NCBI GenBank assembly: GCA_001303695.1
Contig: LJUC01000076.1
Location: forward strand, 1 to 47,517
From: Phycisphaerae bacterium SM23_30
Lineage (GTDB): Bacteria; Planctomycetota; Phycisphaerae; Sedimentisphaerales; SM23-30
DNA: 47,517 nucleotides
Reading direction: 5' to 3'
Shown here: one piece after another, positions 34,394 through 44,651 of the stretch
Layout of the letters: each line of letters starts with the position of its first letter
Numbering within the stretch: position 1 is the stretch's first letter
Notes under the pieces: generated by a model
What the model saw: only the letters and a program-made list of their open reading frames with translations
Databases searched by the model: none
What the model was told of the DNA's origin: nothing
Translations under genes and position numbers: made by a program

Positions 34394-35953
34394 TTATGGT
34401 TTGGAGAGGTTGAGCCAGTCGATGTTTAGTTTTTTGAGGGCGTAGCCGACTTCGTTGAGGTAGTTGCCGTAGCAGGTGATCCAGTGGAAGCCGCGGGTCT
34501 GGGCGTTGAGGGTTTGGCAGCTGCCGTTGATTTTAACATCGATCTGGGAACGGCAGATGTCGAGGAAGGGATTGTCGATGACTTCGCCTTCAAAGCCGAG
34601 CCATCGTTTGAAGTCGAAGTCGGGATTAATGACGGTGATTTTCTGGCCGATTTTCATTTCCACTTTGGGGGCGGCGCCGTAATCGGATTCGAAGTGGGTG
34701 AGGATTTTGGCCGGTTCGAGATTTTTTCCATCCATCTTTCGAGGCGCCGTGCAATGGGCCAGGGTTACCACTGCATCATGCGGATAAGTGGGATCATTCA
34801 GGAAAACGGGCCTGTTAGAGATATGGTGCAGCAGGATGCCGGAGGGGATGACGACGAAGTCTGATTCGCAGTAGGCGGTGTAGCCGGCGTCATTGAGGAG
34901 GCTCAGGGGCAGGCAGGCGGTGGTTTGGGCCAGGGGCATGATGGTTCCCATGCATTGGTTGACGGTGAGGGCGTCGGTTTGGGCCTGTTCCAATATATTT
35001 TTAAATATTTCGGTGAGGACGAAGGCATTGACGACAAATTCGATATCGGTTTGCAGATCGGTGCCCCTTTGATTGAGATATTCCTGGGCCTGCCGGGTGC
35101 ATCGGCTCAGCAGTTCTGAGTTATTACGGGCTTTTTTGATTAATTCGGCCAATTCGGGGTAGCCGACCGTCCGGAGGTCCATTTTGAATATTTTTCGGGT
35201 GAGATCGGGTGCTTTTTGGCCGCCTGCGCCCCAGCCGGCGGGTCCGCCGACGGCGACGATTTTTTTATTGAGGGTGTTTTTCAGGCCGGAGAGGGCCCGG
35301 AGGCGCCACCGGATTTCGTCGAGCTTATCGACCACGACGTCCTGGTGATCGACGCCGGGCTGGCCAAAATCATCGACGGTTTTGCGGAGGTAGCGGTTGT
35401 GGGCGATTTCGTACCAGAGATAGACGGGTCCGGATTTGTGGCGTACGAAGACGATGGTCCATTTTTCGGGATTGGTCAAGGCTTCCAGGACGTTAACCCA
35501 GGAATTGGCGGCGTACATCAGCAGGACATCATGGTCGCCCTGGGCGACGCGGGCGGCCTGGCGGGTGCTGTTGAGAGTGATAAGGGGCATGATCTCCAGG
35601 GGGAATTCGCAGTCGTGGGTGAGCTGTTTTAGTTCGCGGCTGATGCGTTGTTCTTCGTTATTAATATCCTCCTGGGTGTGAAAGCCGCCCCAGGGGCGCC
35701 AACTGGTCTGGGGTCGGGGTTTGAAAAGCCCGCAGGTCAAGACCGGCTGAACTTTTAAGGGAAGGGGCGGGGTGGGCCGGTAATCAATTTCCTGGGTAAA
35801 ATTCATCGCGGCGGCGGCCAGTGAGCTTAAGGCCAAGCCACCGGCGGCGGCGCCGACGCCGGTGATAAATTCCCGGCGGCTCAGGTCAGGGCGGGCTTTT
35901 GACATGCAGCAGCCACAGGGAATTTCATGAGAATGCGGATGTTCTTTGGTCAT
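34394..35953 (-). CDS. Tat-signal exported protein, possibly with an L-fucose/arabinose-isomerase-like fold (tentative)
   Basis: 519 aa with the twin-arginine motif SRREFITGVGAAAGGLALSS, preceded by a His/Cys-rich MTKEHPHSHEIPCGCC. The central YCESDFVVIPSGILLHHISNRPVFLNDP resembles the CExD..P..D pattern of FucI-type isomerases. Confidence 0.5.
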   Translation of the reverse strand: MTKEHPHSHEIPCGCCMSKARPDLSRREFITGVGAAAGGLALSSLAAAAMNFTQEIDYRPTPPLPLKVQPVLTCGLFKPRPQTSWRPWGGFHTQEDINNEEQRISRELKQLTHDCEFPLEIMPLITLNSTRQAARVAQGDHDVLLMYAANSWVNVLEALTNPEKWTIVFVRHKSGPVYLWYEIAHNRYLRKTVDDFGQPGVDHQDVVVDKLDEIRWRLRALSGLKNTLNKKIVAVGGPAGWGAGGQKAPDLTRKIFKMDLRTVGYPELAELIKKARNNSELLSRCTRQAQEYLNQRGTDLQTDIEFVVNAFVLTEIFKNILEQAQTDALTVNQCMGTIMPLAQTTACLPLSLLNDAGYTAYCESDFVVIPSGILLHHISNRPVFLNDPTYPHDAVVTLAHCTAPRKMDGKNLEPAKILTHFESDYGAAPKVEMKIGQKITVINPDFDFKRWLGFEGEVIDNPFLDICRSQIDVKINGSCQTLNAQTRGFHWITCYGNYLNEVGYALKKLNIDWLNLSKP

Positions 35954-35979
35954 GGAGAATACCTCCGTTCTATCGAAAG

Positions 35980-37008
35980 TTATTTATCTTTGGTACGGAA
36001 ACTACTGACAGCGTAGAGGAGGGGCTCAAAGGAGGTCAGCTTGTTGATGGGGACGGCGCCCCAGGTGGTGTTGAGGTGGCCGAGTATGCGGGGGTTATCG
36101 AACTGCCGGGAATAGTTGATAAAGGCTTTGGCGGCCTCGAGGTTGCGCCAGCCGGCGGGCCAGACGCGAAAGCCTTTTTCCAGAAACATGGGCACCGACT
36201 CATAGGCATCGCGGAGTTCGTAATGCCAGTCGCAGATGATGATGTCTTTGGGGATTAGATCGACGGCGGGGGCGGTGTTATTGGCGCTGGCTTCCCAGCG
36301 GCCGTAGTTGATTTTGTTTGCGTCGATGAGTCGGTCGCCCCACATGAGCATTTCGATTTTATGTTTGCCGACGAGGTGCCGATGGTAATCGTTGACGGCT
36401 TTAGCAAAAAGCTCGGCTTTGTCCATGCCCTTACAGCGGGGGCATTGATCCTCGCCGATGAGAAACACCTCGTCCAGGCCCACGTGAAGGGCGTCGGCCT
36501 GGAAGACGTCGATCAGTTCGTCCATCAACGCGAAGACGATTTTATTTACCTCCGGATGCCGGGGGCACCAACTGCGGCAGTAGATGTCCTCATTGCCGGG
36601 GTAGGCGCCGGGGGTTTCGTCAAATTCCGGATACTGGGTAAGCAGGGGAAAGGTGCTTTTGCTCCAGGACTGATGGCCCAGGCATTGAAATTGGGGGATC
36701 AGCCTGATGTTATGCCGGCGACATTGATTGACCAGGGCCTTGATCCGGGCGGCGCTGCTGGGGTTATTAGCGCGCAATTCCGGATGCGATTGATATTCAT
36801 AGCCGTAATTAACTTCCACAATCAGGGCGTTGACGCCTAATTCAGCTAATTCACCCACGACCTGGGTCAGCTGTTCGGTTTTCGACTGATCGGTCATTAG
36901 AACATGGACGCCGCGCCAGGGAACGGGATAATTTTGCTTGACGGTGCAGGAGGGCAAAGTCAACGACAGCAGCAATAGTAAAGTTATATTTAGGGTGAGT
37001 TTAGTCAT
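35980..37008 (-). CDS. lipoprotein, GH20-like (beta-N-acetylhexosaminidase-type TIM barrel), tentative
   Basis: The preferred start is the ATG at 37008, 8 nt after an AGGAG (the ORF track extends to 37050). It has a lipobox (LSLTLPSC). RGVHVL.., GVNALIVEVNYG, IRLIPQFQCLGHQSW and LHVGLDEVF resemble GH20 catalytic-domain motifs. Confidence 0.5.
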   Translation of the reverse strand: MTKLTLNITLLLLLSLTLPSCTVKQNYPVPWRGVHVLMTDQSKTEQLTQVVGELAELGVNALIVEVNYGYEYQSHPELRANNPSSAARIKALVNQCRRHNIRLIPQFQCLGHQSWSKSTFPLLTQYPEFDETPGAYPGNEDIYCRSWCPRHPEVNKIVFALMDELIDVFQADALHVGLDEVFLIGEDQCPRCKGMDKAELFAKAVNDYHRHLVGKHKIEMLMWGDRLIDANKINYGRWEASANNTAPAVDLIPKDIIICDWHYELRDAYESVPMFLEKGFRVWPAGWRNLEAAKAFINYSRQFDNPRILGHLNTTWGAVPINKLTSFEPLLYAVSSFRTKDK

Positions 37009-37052
37009 TTGTTTTTCTCCTAACAAGACTTTTGCAAAACTTCGGTCCATAT

Positions 37053-37703
37053 TTAAAATCTAACGCCGAGGCCTATCTGGACTCTATTTCCGCTTAGATC
37101 AAAGCCGTCGCTTTTCTTGGCGAAATCGTGTCGGTCCTCGAGGATCAGATATACTTTATAGTTTTTGTCGAGGCGGATTTTGGAGGCGTACAGGGGAATC
37201 AAAATGCCGGCCACGGCGTGATAAAAAAAGCCGTCCGAGATGGTCTCATCGTCGCTTTCTTCATAATAATAGGCGCCGTCGCCCAGCCATATTCTTGCTT
37301 CGGGCCAATAGGATTTTGTCTGCAGCCTATACCAACCGCCGCCCGCCCCTATATAAGGTCTGGCGCCTGCTATGTTCAACGGGTAACACCGGGCGGTCAG
37401 GCTGAAATCGATCAGGTCGGTGCTGGTGTAATAAACCTTCCAGCGGTGCGCATAAGGGTCTTTGCTTCTATCCAGGTTCAAAACGCTAAAGCTCCCGGAG
37501 ACATCGACCAGATCGTGAAAGAATGGGGGGCTGGATAATTCAAGTTCCCACAGGTCAAAGCAATCGGTGCCGTATCTTCGGAAATCTTTGTCTTTGAAGA
37601 AATAATTTCCCGTTTTTACGCTGCACGAAGCCGAGGAGAAAACCAAGCCGGAAAGTACAAGTATATTCGTCAAGGATCTGGTTGATTTTTTCATAACAAT
37701 CAT
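37053..37703 (-). CDS. small outer-membrane beta-barrel protein
   Basis: 216 aa with a signal peptide, alternating-hydrophobic Tyr/Gly-rich strands and a C-terminal GLGVRF ending in Phe. Confidence 0.55.
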   Translation of the reverse strand: MIVMKKSTRSLTNILVLSGLVFSSASCSVKTGNYFFKDKDFRRYGTDCFDLWELELSSPPFFHDLVDVSGSFSVLNLDRSKDPYAHRWKVYYTSTDLIDFSLTARCYPLNIAGARPYIGAGGGWYRLQTKSYWPEARIWLGDGAYYYEESDDETISDGFFYHAVAGILIPLYASKIRLDKNYKVYLILEDRHDFAKKSDGFDLSGNRVQIGLGVRF

Positions 37704-37844
37704 CGGGCTTCGTCTGCTTTTTTCTTGTTATGCCGAAATTTTAGCATTTTGGAATAGTTATTTCGTTATGAATCTATACCATGACGCCGCGGAGGTTCAT
37801 TATATTGATCCCGGCCCTGGCAATAAAGTAAAAGTTTGATAATT

Positions 37845-40800
37845 TCAACGCCCGATCAGGGGGACGTGGGTGGTTTTGACGCCGAACATGAATTGGCCGG
37901 CGATGTAACTGTGGGATTTGAAGATAGGGATCCGCAATATCTGGGCGGGTTTTTCGAAGAGCTCCTTTTTGCGCATGCCGATGATGCCCCCCACGATGTA
38001 ATCGGCCTGGGCGATGCTGAGTTTTTCCCCCGCCAGGCGTCGCTGCCAGAGCTGCTCCAGGCCGCGCGCCTGCCGCCGCAGCCAGCGTCCCTTGGCTTGG
38101 CTGACGTTTAGTTTGCCGGCATTCAAGGCCGAAATTTGCTCCCGGCTTTGCAGGAGATCCTGCTGGAGCAGATCGATTACCTGTTCATACTCGTTCGGAT
38201 CCCGTACCGGGGCGGTGACGCCCTCGATATAAATATCATATCCCTGCCCTTTAAAGAGCATGTTATTTTTTTTGCTGCCGTCTTCGAGCATGACAAATTC
38301 GTTGGTAGTTTCCCGCCAATCATATTCCACCAGTTTCAACCCCGGAAACACCCGCAGCATCCAGTCGGGGCCTCCGGGGCCGTAGATCACCCCTTCCCGG
38401 CAGACCGTGGTGCCCGTGCCCGTCCAGAAGCTGTCGATATCCAGCAGATCAAACAAGCCCTTTTGTAGTTGTTTTTGCTCCGAGATGGCGCCGGTCACCT
38501 CCATTCCCGGGAACTCGCTTTCCACGAGAGGGCATAACTTGGGGCTCGCCTTGACATCCTGAGCGGTTTGCCGGTAGCTTATCCGGGGAGAGGATTCATT
38601 GAGGTCGCATTCCACCGCGCCCTCGACCACGCCCCCGTAGAGACCGGCCCAAAACCGTGTTCGAAGCCGGCCCTGATCAATTTCATAAGCGCTGCGAAAT
38701 TCCTGCAGCTCATAACGGGCGTTGGTTTTCAGGTCGGTAAAGCTTAATTGGCCCAGGTCCGTCGAACCGGTCCAGCGCACCCGACTTACCAGCGGTAAAG
38801 CTTGCCGTAATATGCCGGTGACTTCGGCGGTCGGGTTAAGCCCCTCTTTTTTTTCAGAGGATAAGGACAAGCCTTTCCAGTCTTTAGTAAGTCGTTTTTG
38901 CCAGGCGCGTAGCTCGTCCAGGTCGAAATTCGCTCCGACAATATCTATTCTCCCTTCGGAGCGTGGATGAATATATGGTTTTTTTTGCCCGGCGAAGATC
39001 CGTTCCAGCATCTGTTTTTCCAGAGACGCATAATCGGGCGTTTCCATTTCGGCGATAATGGTTAATTGATTGTCACCTATTTTTATAGTTGCCGCCGGCA
39101 TTATAATCCGCGGCGGGGAGAAGGTTAGCTGATTTAACTGAATTTCTACGGGGCTTTGGGCTAAAACGCCCCGCAATATGCCATCAATCTCGAAGCTTTG
39201 GCACTGCACCGACGGCTGAGGCGACCATTGCAAGAGCAAATCTGTCCGGGCATCCAGGCGTCCGTTTAGTTTAACGTCCCGGGCGGGCGGCAGCCATTCC
39301 GATATTTGTCCTATCTGCGGAGCGTGGGCGGCGACCGTCAACCGGGCCGCGGCGGGCGGGGGTAAAGTTGCCCTTATCAGCCTTTCAAAATCCACCTCCT
39401 CTATGCAGCCTTGGGCGGTGATGATATTGTCGCCCAGTTTAACCTGCAATTGATCTATTTGTATTTTGCGTTCATCTTTATTGCCGCCGAGAGCAAAGTT
39501 AAGACTTAACTCATCGCCGATAGGTTTGACGGTGAGAACCGCCGGCGCTATGGGGCCTAAAAGGCCGCCTTCCAGGGTGAACTGCGTCCGGGTCAAGTCC
39601 ACAAGTCCCTCACAAAGCAATACATCTTGAACCGAGTTCCAAGTTACCTTTCCCTGCAAATTTGTCCGGCCCCCAAGATTATGTTTTTGGGCTATCCCTG
39701 CCAGGAGGGGGCAGTCACTTTTGCCGGGGCCGTTAAGGTTGATCTGTCCTTTGCCGCTGATATCAAAGGCCCAACATACCGACAACCAATCCCGGACTGA
39801 TTTGACCTGGTCATCATCGAACAGCATATGACCGGTTATCTCGGCATTTGAGTTGCCCAGGGCCAGATGAAGATTTTTGATGTTCAATATGAGAGGCGGG
39901 TCCATAGTGTTGCTGAGAAGGCTGAGCAGAGAATTAATAAGGTCATACCTGCGGGTGATATCGATTTCGCCTGTCAGGCGACAGGGACTGCCGGGGGGCT
40001 TATCCCAATAACATGTTTCTACGAGGGGATTTTGGGAAGTTTTTTTTGTTTTATAAAGCGCCAGGCCCATATCATCGGCCTGGAGATCAAAGGAAACGCT
40101 ACGGCCTGCCTCTGATGACAGCAGCGTTGCCTTCAATGCCGCCGGGCCTTTGACCTTGTCGATCCGATAATCTGCGACGATTATACGACCCTTTTGATCG
40201 ACCACACCCGGCATACAGGCGACGGCCTCTTGCAGTTTTTCGCTGCTTAAGTCAAAGTTCCATTTTTCCTGCTGAACCGGTCCCCATTCTCCCGTCGCGG
40301 TTGGTTGTCGCCGGGCCTGACCGGTCGCGCGGGCGGCGATTTCGCCGGCGGCAAGGTTCAAATAGCCGTGATAAGCTATCCGGCGGTTTTTGAGATTTTC
40401 TTCTACTTCAAACGCCAGGCTGCCCGCGGCGCCGCCGGGCTTGGTCAGCAAAGCCTTTTGTGGTCCTTGTAGTTCTGTCGGGGCGGCATTTTTGTTCTGC
40501 TGGTGCTTAATGCTAATATCAAGAGGGGAAAGATCTATTTCTCCGGCGCAGCGTAAGGTTTTTTCCTCCTCTCGCTCGCAGGACAGATTTCCTTGACAAG
40601 CGCCGTCCAGGTACGCGTTGCGGGTTTGTAGTCGGGCCTGTAAACCGGGCCAGGCGTTAAGCCATTCTGCGGCGCCCTCTATTTGCCAGGCGCACTGCAG
40701 CTTCTCGATCGGCAGCGCCGCCCAACGACCTGTTACATCCCATGGCGGCAGTGCCGTTTCGCCCGGGGGCGCCGGCACCGAAGGCACCGTCCATTTACCA

Positions 40801-42251
40801 TAACCGGGCCCGACGGTAAGGGCCGCTTCTTCTAAACGAGCCTGCAATAACAGATTGTCAATTGTTTGTCGGCCGGCATCTACCTGACCCGATAATTCCA
40901 GACGGAACTCTTGGCCGAATGGCTTTCGCAGCTCCTCCGAATTATATCCCCAATCGGTGCCGTTGATGCTTAAATGGCAGTTTATCCGTGGGCCCGGGGA
41001 AGTGAGTTCTCCTTCAAATTCTATTTTACCCTCGCCGGCATTTGCTATTTCCCGGAGGAATTTATTTTCGGCCGGTCCCGGCAGCGCCGCCAGGAGAGAA
41101 GCCGGGTCGATGGAACCTTCTTTTAGAGACAGGTAATTTACATCGGCACCCTTCGGTTGAAAATGGTGTTCTCCGGTCAGGGTAAATTCGGCGCCCGGGG
41201 CTTTTACCCAGAGTTGATCCAGATGGGCCGTATGCGCCGATTGATCGTATTGCCCCTCCAGGACGACCCTGACGGGGTCTATTTTTGCCCACAATCGATT
41301 GTTTTTTTTCCCATCGAGGTCGGTCAGTTCCAGACCGTCAAGCTTGAACCATCCGGTTAGTTTTAATAGGTCATTTTGGTCCGCTGTCAAATCAATTTGT
41401 GAAGAACATCGCCCCCGGACCTGTTGTAGTTTCGGCAAAGACTTCTTATGGGCATCGGATAAAGTATTGCGCCAGCGGTTGTACCAGGATTTGAGTGTCA
41501 ATCCTGATAAGTCCAAATCGTTGATTGATAATTGGGCGTACCGGTCTTTAGGGTCGATCCGGTTTTCTGGCGTAAATTCGCCGATCCGTCCCCGACTGGT
41601 AAAGGTCGGCTCTGCCGCACTTTCTTCCACCGAACCGATGCGGTCCTTATCATTGGGGTCATTACGCTGGCGCCCCTCAACCACCCAACTGACCCCACCC
41701 AGCTCGAGGTCTTTATGAATTTGAGCCGCTTTTATATCAAAAATGGCTATTTCTTTTCCTTCCGGGGGAACCTGAGTTCGGGCAGACGTGGTATTATTTG
41801 GGTTCTCCACGAGGCTTACCAGGTGTAAAACCGCCGGACTGATATAAATATCAGCGACTTCCAGAGGGGGCAAATCACTGATATTCACTCCTTTTTCGTC
41901 AAACACCACAAAAAAGTGGGCGCCTTTTACCGATATTTCCTTGATGTCCGATCGGAGCAGTTTTAACGGTGAAAAATCGGTCTTAAGACGTTCGATTCGC
42001 AATAAGGCACCCGGGCCGTATTGAGGATGCCGGCGGATTTCAAGGTCTCTGATCTCCACCCCTTGATTCCAACTAACCTGCATTTGACCAATAGAGACCT
42101 CCCGACCAAAATCCTGCTGTAACCGGTCCTTGACCTTTTTGGCTATCATTGCCGTGGGCAGATACCAGGGTAGAAGGGCACAGGCCAACCCGGCCAATAA
42201 CACGGCTCCTATGAAAACGAGAAGGATTCGTTTTAATCTCTTTTTAGACAT
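37845..42251 (-). CDS. very large N-terminally anchored envelope protein, AsmA/TamB-like
   Basis: 1468 aa with a single N-terminal TM (ILLVFIGAVLLAGLACALL). The start (..KVKDRLQQDFGREVSIGQMQVSWNQGVEIRDLEI) is AsmA-like, and the remainder looks long and beta-rich. Confidence 0.5.
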   Translation of the reverse strand: MSKKRLKRILLVFIGAVLLAGLACALLPWYLPTAMIAKKVKDRLQQDFGREVSIGQMQVSWNQGVEIRDLEIRRHPQYGPGALLRIERLKTDFSPLKLLRSDIKEISVKGAHFFVVFDEKGVNISDLPPLEVADIYISPAVLHLVSLVENPNNTTSARTQVPPEGKEIAIFDIKAAQIHKDLELGGVSWVVEGRQRNDPNDKDRIGSVEESAAEPTFTSRGRIGEFTPENRIDPKDRYAQLSINDLDLSGLTLKSWYNRWRNTLSDAHKKSLPKLQQVRGRCSSQIDLTADQNDLLKLTGWFKLDGLELTDLDGKKNNRLWAKIDPVRVVLEGQYDQSAHTAHLDQLWVKAPGAEFTLTGEHHFQPKGADVNYLSLKEGSIDPASLLAALPGPAENKFLREIANAGEGKIEFEGELTSPGPRINCHLSINGTDWGYNSEELRKPFGQEFRLELSGQVDAGRQTIDNLLLQARLEEAALTVGPGYGKWTVPSVPAPPGETALPPWDVTGRWAALPIEKLQCAWQIEGAAEWLNAWPGLQARLQTRNAYLDGACQGNLSCEREEEKTLRCAGEIDLSPLDISIKHQQNKNAAPTELQGPQKALLTKPGGAAGSLAFEVEENLKNRRIAYHGYLNLAAGEIAARATGQARRQPTATGEWGPVQQEKWNFDLSSEKLQEAVACMPGVVDQKGRIIVADYRIDKVKGPAALKATLLSSEAGRSVSFDLQADDMGLALYKTKKTSQNPLVETCYWDKPPGSPCRLTGEIDITRRYDLINSLLSLLSNTMDPPLILNIKNLHLALGNSNAEITGHMLFDDDQVKSVRDWLSVCWAFDISGKGQINLNGPGKSDCPLLAGIAQKHNLGGRTNLQGKVTWNSVQDVLLCEGLVDLTRTQFTLEGGLLGPIAPAVLTVKPIGDELSLNFALGGNKDERKIQIDQLQVKLGDNIITAQGCIEEVDFERLIRATLPPPAAARLTVAAHAPQIGQISEWLPPARDVKLNGRLDARTDLLLQWSPQPSVQCQSFEIDGILRGVLAQSPVEIQLNQLTFSPPRIIMPAATIKIGDNQLTIIAEMETPDYASLEKQMLERIFAGQKKPYIHPRSEGRIDIVGANFDLDELRAWQKRLTKDWKGLSLSSEKKEGLNPTAEVTGILRQALPLVSRVRWTGSTDLGQLSFTDLKTNARYELQEFRSAYEIDQGRLRTRFWAGLYGGVVEGAVECDLNESSPRISYRQTAQDVKASPKLCPLVESEFPGMEVTGAISEQKQLQKGLFDLLDIDSFWTGTGTTVCREGVIYGPGGPDWMLRVFPGLKLVEYDWRETTNEFVMLEDGSKKNNMLFKGQGYDIYIEGVTAPVRDPNEYEQVIDLLQQDLLQSREQISALNAGKLNVSQAKGRWLRRQARGLEQLWQRRLAGEKLSIAQADYIVGGIIGMRKKELFEKPAQILRIPIFKSHSYIAGQFMFGVKTTHVPLIGR

Positions 42252-42430
42252 ATGGTTAGAGATTCTAGGGTTTCAGACGATTTTAAGCAATAACCTTCTG
42301 CACCATTTCCCTGGCAGAAATACAATATTTTGTGTTTTTAGCAATAGTTAGTAACTATATATAGAACTTATTTAGTACTAAGGTGAATTTTCATTTCCCA
42401 TATCGTCGATTTTTGGGCTATGATATTACT

Positions 42431-42799
42431 ATGAATATTTCCCCCGAAGATTTTGATCTCTGTGTTACAGGAGCAATTAATACGATCGATCCGCAGTTTC
42501 GCCCCTATCTGGACGAGGTTCCCGTTATTGTAGAGGACTTGCCGGATGATGTTGTTACTGAGCAGATGCACCTTGGGGATCGGCGAACTTTATTGGGGCT
42601 TTTTCGAGGAGTGCCTTTGAATAGACGATCCGTACTAGCCGGCGGCGGTCCTAATCAGATTGTCCTCTACCGACAAAATCTTCTGGCCCAATGCCGCAAT
42701 CGCCGCCAGCTCGCCGAACAAATCCGCAGGACTCTGGTCCATGAATTGGCCCACTATCTGGGTTTTTCCGAGCAGCAGATCCGCCGACTTCAATATTAA
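42431..42799 (+). CDS. zincin-like metallopeptidase family protein (DUF1025/Zincin_1 type)
   Basis: The start is placed at ATG 42431 (MNISPEDF..), while the ORF track starts at GTG 42383. It has VPVIVEDLPDD and the HExxH-type motif LVHELAHYLGF. Confidence 0.65.
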   Translation: MNISPEDFDLCVTGAINTIDPQFRPYLDEVPVIVEDLPDDVVTEQMHLGDRRTLLGLFRGVPLNRRSVLAGGGPNQIVLYRQNLLAQCRNRRQLAEQIRRTLVHELAHYLGFSEQQIRRLQY

Positions 42800-42909
42800 G
42801 TTCTCCGGGGCGGGAAAATATTTGTCTTGCATGAGCGCGAGGTTATTATATAATAGCAAATGGAGAGGGTGATTTGTAAACTTATTATTTAACAAGGACT
42901 TAGGGAATT

Positions 42910-43338
42910 ATGAGCAAGCGGGTGACCATAGGAGTTCCGGTATTTTCCCTGCTGCTGGTGGTCTTCTCGACTTTAATGGCGGCGGTATTACTGAGCCGGC
43001 AGGATCCGGCTCGGGCTCTGGCCGGCGGCGCGGGCGGCGCTACCAGCACCCCGGCCTCAACGCAATTTTTGGCCTTTTCCTTCCAACTGGGACCGGGCAT
43101 CGAAGGCATTGCCCTGATCGATCATCAAAACCAGACCATTTGTATATACCAGTATGAGTTGCGAAAACCGGCCCACCAGAGGTTTTCCCTAGTGGCGGCC
43201 CGCAGCTATAGTTACGATAGCCGGCTCACCGATTACAACAACGCTGATCCTACACCAGAAGTAGTAAAGCAGTGGGTTCAGCGGGCGGGGCAGTTGCCGG
43301 AGCCCAACCGCACCGGCGTAAAAATCATCAAAAAATAG
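42910..43338 (+). CDS. membrane-anchored hypothetical protein
   Basis: 142 aa with an N-terminal TM (VPVFSLLLVVFSTLMAAVLL), followed by a small globular-looking domain. Confidence 0.5.
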   Translation: MSKRVTIGVPVFSLLLVVFSTLMAAVLLSRQDPARALAGGAGGATSTPASTQFLAFSFQLGPGIEGIALIDHQNQTICIYQYELRKPAHQRFSLVAARSYSYDSRLTDYNNADPTPEVVKQWVQRAGQLPEPNRTGVKIIKK

Positions 43339-43472
43339 GACTTACCATTTTAGTCAAATTGTGGTATAATTCTAATAGGTGAGCCAATTTATAGGTCCCC
43401 GGGCTAAAAAGTGCCTGCCTTGAGGGTGGATCCGTCGGCTGGACAAGACGCCGATATGGAGGATAGTAAACC

Positions 43473-44552
43473 ATGGCGAAAATGTTTTATAGTCTCGAAG
43501 AAGCCCAGCAAATACTGGGTCGGTCCGAAGAAGAAATCAAGCAGTTAGTTCAGGAAGGAATCATACGCGAATTTCGCGATGGCCCCAAAATTATGTATAA
43601 AGTCGAGGAGGTGGACAACCTTGCCGCCAGCGATCTCAGCGGCTCGGGCAGTGGTGAGATTCAACTCACCCCGGAGGATTCCGGAGGGCAGTTTGACCTG
43701 GCCGCCGAAGATTTTTCCGATGATATTTCGCTAGCTGCCGACGACAGCGGTGATGTAATCGGTTTGGCTGCTGGCGACAGCGGCGAGGAGATCGGCCTGG
43801 CCGCCGATGACAGCGGCGAGGAGATCGGTCTGATGCCCAGCGACAGTGCCGACCAGATTAGCCTGGAAGACACCGGACAGGATACGGCTGATGAAAAGGA
43901 TGATACTGTTATTACTTCGCACGGAACAGATGCCCTGCTAGATACCGGCGAAGATATCGGGACGGCCGACTCACTGGAGCGGGCCAAAACCTCATCCGAT
44001 TTTGAAGACCAGATTGATCTGGACAGCAGCTCCAGCGGTTCGGGATTACTGGATCTCTCCCGTGAGGCCGACGATACCAGTTTGGGGGCGGAATTGCTGG
44101 AAGAGATCTATCCTGATGCCGCCGAGGGCGCCATTGAGACCCAGGGCCCCGGAGGTTTGGAGATGCCCACCGAAGCTGATAGCATGGTCGCCGCAGAAGC
44201 TCAGGCGCCGCCGGTGGCCGAATATGTCCAAATCGCGCCCCGTGAAGATCCGACCAGCGGTCCCTTCGGGGCCATGATGGTGGTTCCCATGTTGATGCTG
44301 ATCTTTCTTGGCTTTGTGACCGCCAGCGCCCTGGGGGGCGTCCGCCCGCAGCTTTTGAGCGGCATTATGGATAATATCTGGATAGTGGCGGGGGCGGCGG
44401 CGGCGGCGGCGGTGCTGTGCGTGGTCGTGGGCATGGCCATGGTGGGCAAGGCTTCGGCACCCGGGGAAAAAGGGAAGAAACCAAAAGAGAAGAAGGCGAA
44501 AAAGGAAAAGCCCAAGAAAGAAAAGAAAAAGAAGGCAAAAAAGAAGAAATAA
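43473..44552 (+). CDS. HTH (excisionase/MerR-like) - acidic tandem repeat - 2xTM - polylysine-tail protein
   Basis: 359 aa with a GGAGGA RBS. The N-terminus YSLEEAQQILGRSEEEIKQLVQEGIIREF is HTH_17-like. It then has five 11-aa acidic repeats, two TM helices and a C-terminal KGKKPKEKKAKKEKPKKEKKKKAKKKK. Confidence 0.65.
   Translation: MAKMFYSLEEAQQILGRSEEEIKQLVQEGIIREFRDGPKIMYKVEEVDNLAASDLSGSGSGEIQLTPEDSGGQFDLAAEDFSDDISLAADDSGDVIGLAAGDSGEEIGLAADDSGEEIGLMPSDSADQISLEDTGQDTADEKDDTVITSHGTDALLDTGEDIGTADSLERAKTSSDFEDQIDLDSSSSGSGLLDLSREADDTSLGAELLEEIYPDAAEGAIETQGPGGLEMPTEADSMVAAEAQAPPVAEYVQIAPREDPTSGPFGAMMVVPMLMLIFLGFVTASALGGVRPQLLSGIMDNIWIVAGAAAAAAVLCVVVGMAMVGKASAPGEKGKKPKEKKAKKEKPKKEKKKKAKKKK
43698..43862 (+). 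repeat. five tandem 33-nt (11-codon) repeats inside the CDS
   Basis: The units are LAAEDFSDDIS / LAADDSGDVIG / LAAGDSGEEIG / LAADDSGEEIG / LMPSDSADQIS. The central units are nearly identical at the DNA level. Confidence 0.8.
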
Positions 44553-44651
44553 CCCCATATAGATTGGGCTCGCAGATAAATTTAGATCGGCGCTAAAAGG
44601 CAAGTTCATTTTTTTATCGGCCGCTCGGCCGGTCGCGAAAGGAGAACTCAT

